Positions 61,711 through 64,000 of a stretch of 64,000 nt of DNA are shown here, one piece after another. Under the pieces are notes generated by a model. It saw only the letters and a list, made by a program, of their open reading frames with translations, made no database searches and was not told where the DNA came from. How positions within the stretch are numbered: the first letter of the stretch is position 1; the number at the start of each line of letters is the position of its first letter. The position numbers were made by a program, and so were the translations under genes. Origin of the DNA: an uncultured Phycisphaerales bacterium (GTDB lineage: Bacteria; Planctomycetota; Phycisphaerae; Tepidisphaerales; Tepidisphaeraceae); NCBI GenBank assembly GCA_963758525.1, contig CAVWVQ010000003.1, forward strand, positions 256,001-320,000, given 5' to 3'.

Positions 61711-62276
61711 CTGCAGGCTCCTCTACGTAACATCTGCCTTTGTCGTTGCCTGGGGCGGTTCGCTCGATGACACCGTCGCGCGACCCCAATGCACCGTGAC
61801 GCTACGAAGTGAGGGTTAACATGAGCGTTGACGTGCGGAGTGTGAACGGAGAGGAGCTATTGCCAGTCATCGACAGACAAGCCTGGTACTCGGCTGAACT
61901 CGGCCGCCGTCACCGCTCACCCGGGATTTCAGCACGATTCGGATCATCGATGCGCTCGCTTATCTGCCGGCGATCAACACTTCAAGACCGGCGCGGGCAA
62001 TTACATCTGCCATGTTTGAAAGCATTAGACCGATTGAGATTCGAACCAGCAAGCATTTGCCATCGGTGACGTGCTGACGGAGAGGGGGTTATGCGCGGGA
62101 CTTTCAACCACGGGTTGCCGGCGCAGGCGGCCGAGTGATGGGATCTGCGGTGCAATATCGTCAGACTCATTTGCTTCCGGCGGAGCAAACCCCGGACGCA
62201 AAGCACGCTACAAAAAAGGGACGCGAGCCAAACTCCGTGCTTCGCGTCCCCTTCATCTTCTCTCCCTCGCCGGATC

Positions 62277-63215
62277 TCATCGCTGCGAGAAGTAGACGGC
62301 ATAGCGATCATGCACCAGATCGGGCGTGTGCACCGGGCGGCTGTTCAGGGTCAGCAGGTTTGCGCCGGGGTCGAGGGTGAGGCGGTCGTTCATCAGAATA
62401 CGGCCGGAGTAGATGGTGCGGCCCGTGGTCAGGTCGCAGACCCACACCGTCCCGTCGCGGGCGGCGACGAAGTCGATGCGGTCGAAGCCTTCGGCGCGGC
62501 GGGTGGCATCGGCGGGCACGTCCGCGGGCCTGGCGCTTGAATCGATGCCGGGCGTTTCATCAGCCGAACGCCAGACGGGACGCTCGCTGCTGAAGAAAAT
62601 GCGGTGGTTGTCGGCGGCGACGGTCTCCTTGTAGACCGACTGGCTGTTAATGGTCATCAGATTTTTCTGAGGATCGACGACGATGATGTCGCCGCGATTA
62701 ACCGGCCCGGAGTAGAGAACGCGCTGCTGATCCTCGTCGGTAATCCAGATAAACCCGTCGCGCTGCGCGGTGTATTCCACGCGGGCCTTTCCTTCGCCGC
62801 CCACCAGCGCCGTCATCGGCACGCCGGCCGGGCGGGGCGTGGGCCGGTCACTGGCTGCAACCGCTTCTGGAGGCGGAGGCGCTGCGCCGGGGAGGAAGAA
62901 GACGTTGTGATCGACGTGATTCACATCCTTGTCCAACACCACCCGGTCATTGAGCAGCAATTTGCCGGTGTCGGGGTCGACCACCAGGCGATCGCCGGCG
63001 GCGACGGGGCCGGAGTAGAGGATGTCGCTGGCGCCCTCGGTAACCCATACGGTTCCCGGATCCGACGCGGTATAGACCAGCCGTTGATCTCCTTCGGTTT
63101 TGCTCATGGCCGCGGACGGAACGTCCTGCGGACGCGGGTTGGCGGCGCACCCGACCATGAGCATGCCGGCTAATCCTGTCGCGTACCAAGTGCCAATATG
63201 ACGTAAGTTTCGCAT
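62277..63215 (-). CDS. Lipoprotein with three internal repeats of about 90 aa
   Basis: Lipobox MVGC; unit RP.DVP..A..EG..R..YTA..G.VW....YSG....D...DP three times. Confidence 0.8.
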   Translation of the reverse strand: MRNLRHIGTWYATGLAGMLMVGCAANPRPQDVPSAAMSKTEGDQRLVYTASDPGTVWVTEGASDILYSGPVAAGDRLVVDPDTGKLLLNDRVVLDKDVNHVDHNVFFLPGAAPPPPEAVAASDRPTPRPAGVPMTALVGGEGKARVEYTAQRDGFIWITDEDQQRVLYSGPVNRGDIIVVDPQKNLMTINSQSVYKETVAADNHRIFFSSERPVWRSADETPGIDSSARPADVPADATRRAEGFDRIDFVAARDGTVWVCDLTTGRTIYSGRILMNDRLTLDPGANLLTLNSRPVHTPDLVHDRYAVYFSQR

Positions 63216-63257
63216 GAGGTGCTCCTTTTCGCTTTCGATGCAGTCTTCAGCAAAAGG

Positions 63258-63273
63258 AGCAATGCGAGTACCA
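63258..63273 (-). promoter_or_regulatory. Sigma54 -24/-12 promoter
   Basis: Minus strand TGGTAC-TCGCA-TTGCT, followed by AAGGAG RBS of the repeat lipoprotein. Confidence 0.65.
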
Positions 63274-63414
63274 CGCGGTTCAACTCAGGCCCGCGCACTC
63301 GGCCTCCTGCGCGGTGGCTTCGGCCTGCTGGGTCAGCTTCTCAAGCGGGCTTTGTGGCGATTCGACACCCTCGCCGCCGAGGAACTTGTAGAGTCTGGAC
63401 CGACGGCAAGAATG

Positions 63415-64000
63415 CTACTTTCCATCCAGCGAATCCAGATACGCGATCAGGTTTGCCAGGTCGGCGGGAGTTACCTTGACAACCAAGCCTTCAGGCATCA
63501 TCGACGTGTCGCGCTTTCCCCGCTTCTTGATGTCGTCGGTCTTGATGATGGTGCTCACGCCGGCGGGAGTGTGAACTTCGATCTGGTCGGCCCCCTCTTT
63601 AACGACGAAGCCTTCGATAACGTCGCCGGCCTTGGTCTTGAACCATTGGGTCTCGAACCCCTGGGCGATCCTGGCGCTGGGCTTCATGATCGACTCGCAC
63701 AATTCGGCATTGCTGTACCGGCCGGAGATTCCGCCCAGCATCGGGCCCTTGGGGGGCTCGCGGAGTGGTGGTGTGACAGGCGATGCATCCCAAGCGCTGG
63801 AATAACTCGCGGCCGTGGGCGGGGTCGCCTTTGGTCTTGAGCACCAGGGCCACGACGTCTTCATACTTCATGGATTCGATGAGCGGGCCTTTGGCGACCG
63901 TTCCGTTGAGACCCAGTTGCTCGGCCGCGAATGCCGCGGCCTTGGCGACATCGGGACGACGGTCCTTCAGCATGGCGCGAACTTTGTCGTCGTACCCCTC
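63415..64000 (-). CDS. C-terminal part of a PVC-type heme-binding CxxCH protein (partial; frameshift near 63765)
   Basis: GDPAHGRELF..GCIACH, KGPML, ESIMKPSARIAQGF, SMMPEGL. Confidence 0.8.

Overview
GC-rich bacterial chromosome segment, probably Planctomycetota (inferred from two PVC-type CxxCH heme-binding proteins, DUF1080 and a Tat-signal Gfo/Idh/MocA protein). Backbone genes: sirC-ccsA-hemA; a TIM44/Zn-ribbon/TerB plus SPFH-GYF pair; GT4 and GHMP kinase; aroF-tpiA-secG-yicC-gmk-rpoZ-coaC-pfk; pyrR-pyrB-pyrC; an NtrC-type regulator; heme A/O synthases; a sigma54-preceded stress cluster; tRNA-Ala(CGC); and a TolC/RND/two-component efflux locus. More than a dozen genes, including tpiA and hemA, carry single frameshifts, most likely long-read assembly errors. 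The most interesting signals are mobile-like DNA. (1) A GxxExxY gene inside the pyr operon is bracketed by inverted arrays of short tandem repeats; an empty cassette with the same ends and an internally deleted GxxExxY relic with its own repeat unit lie elsewhere in the window. (2) An HUH/Y1 (RAYT-like) transposase is enclosed by a perfect 22-bp terminal inverted repeat, occurs twice with different promoter segments, and is interleaved with Rhs and toxin-tail/immunity-like fragments. (3) REP doublets are nested inside MITEs with ISAs1-like or IS630-like ends. (4) Two palindromic elements sit in frame inside a membrane glycosyltransferase-like gene. All calls come from reading the sequence; no searches were run.
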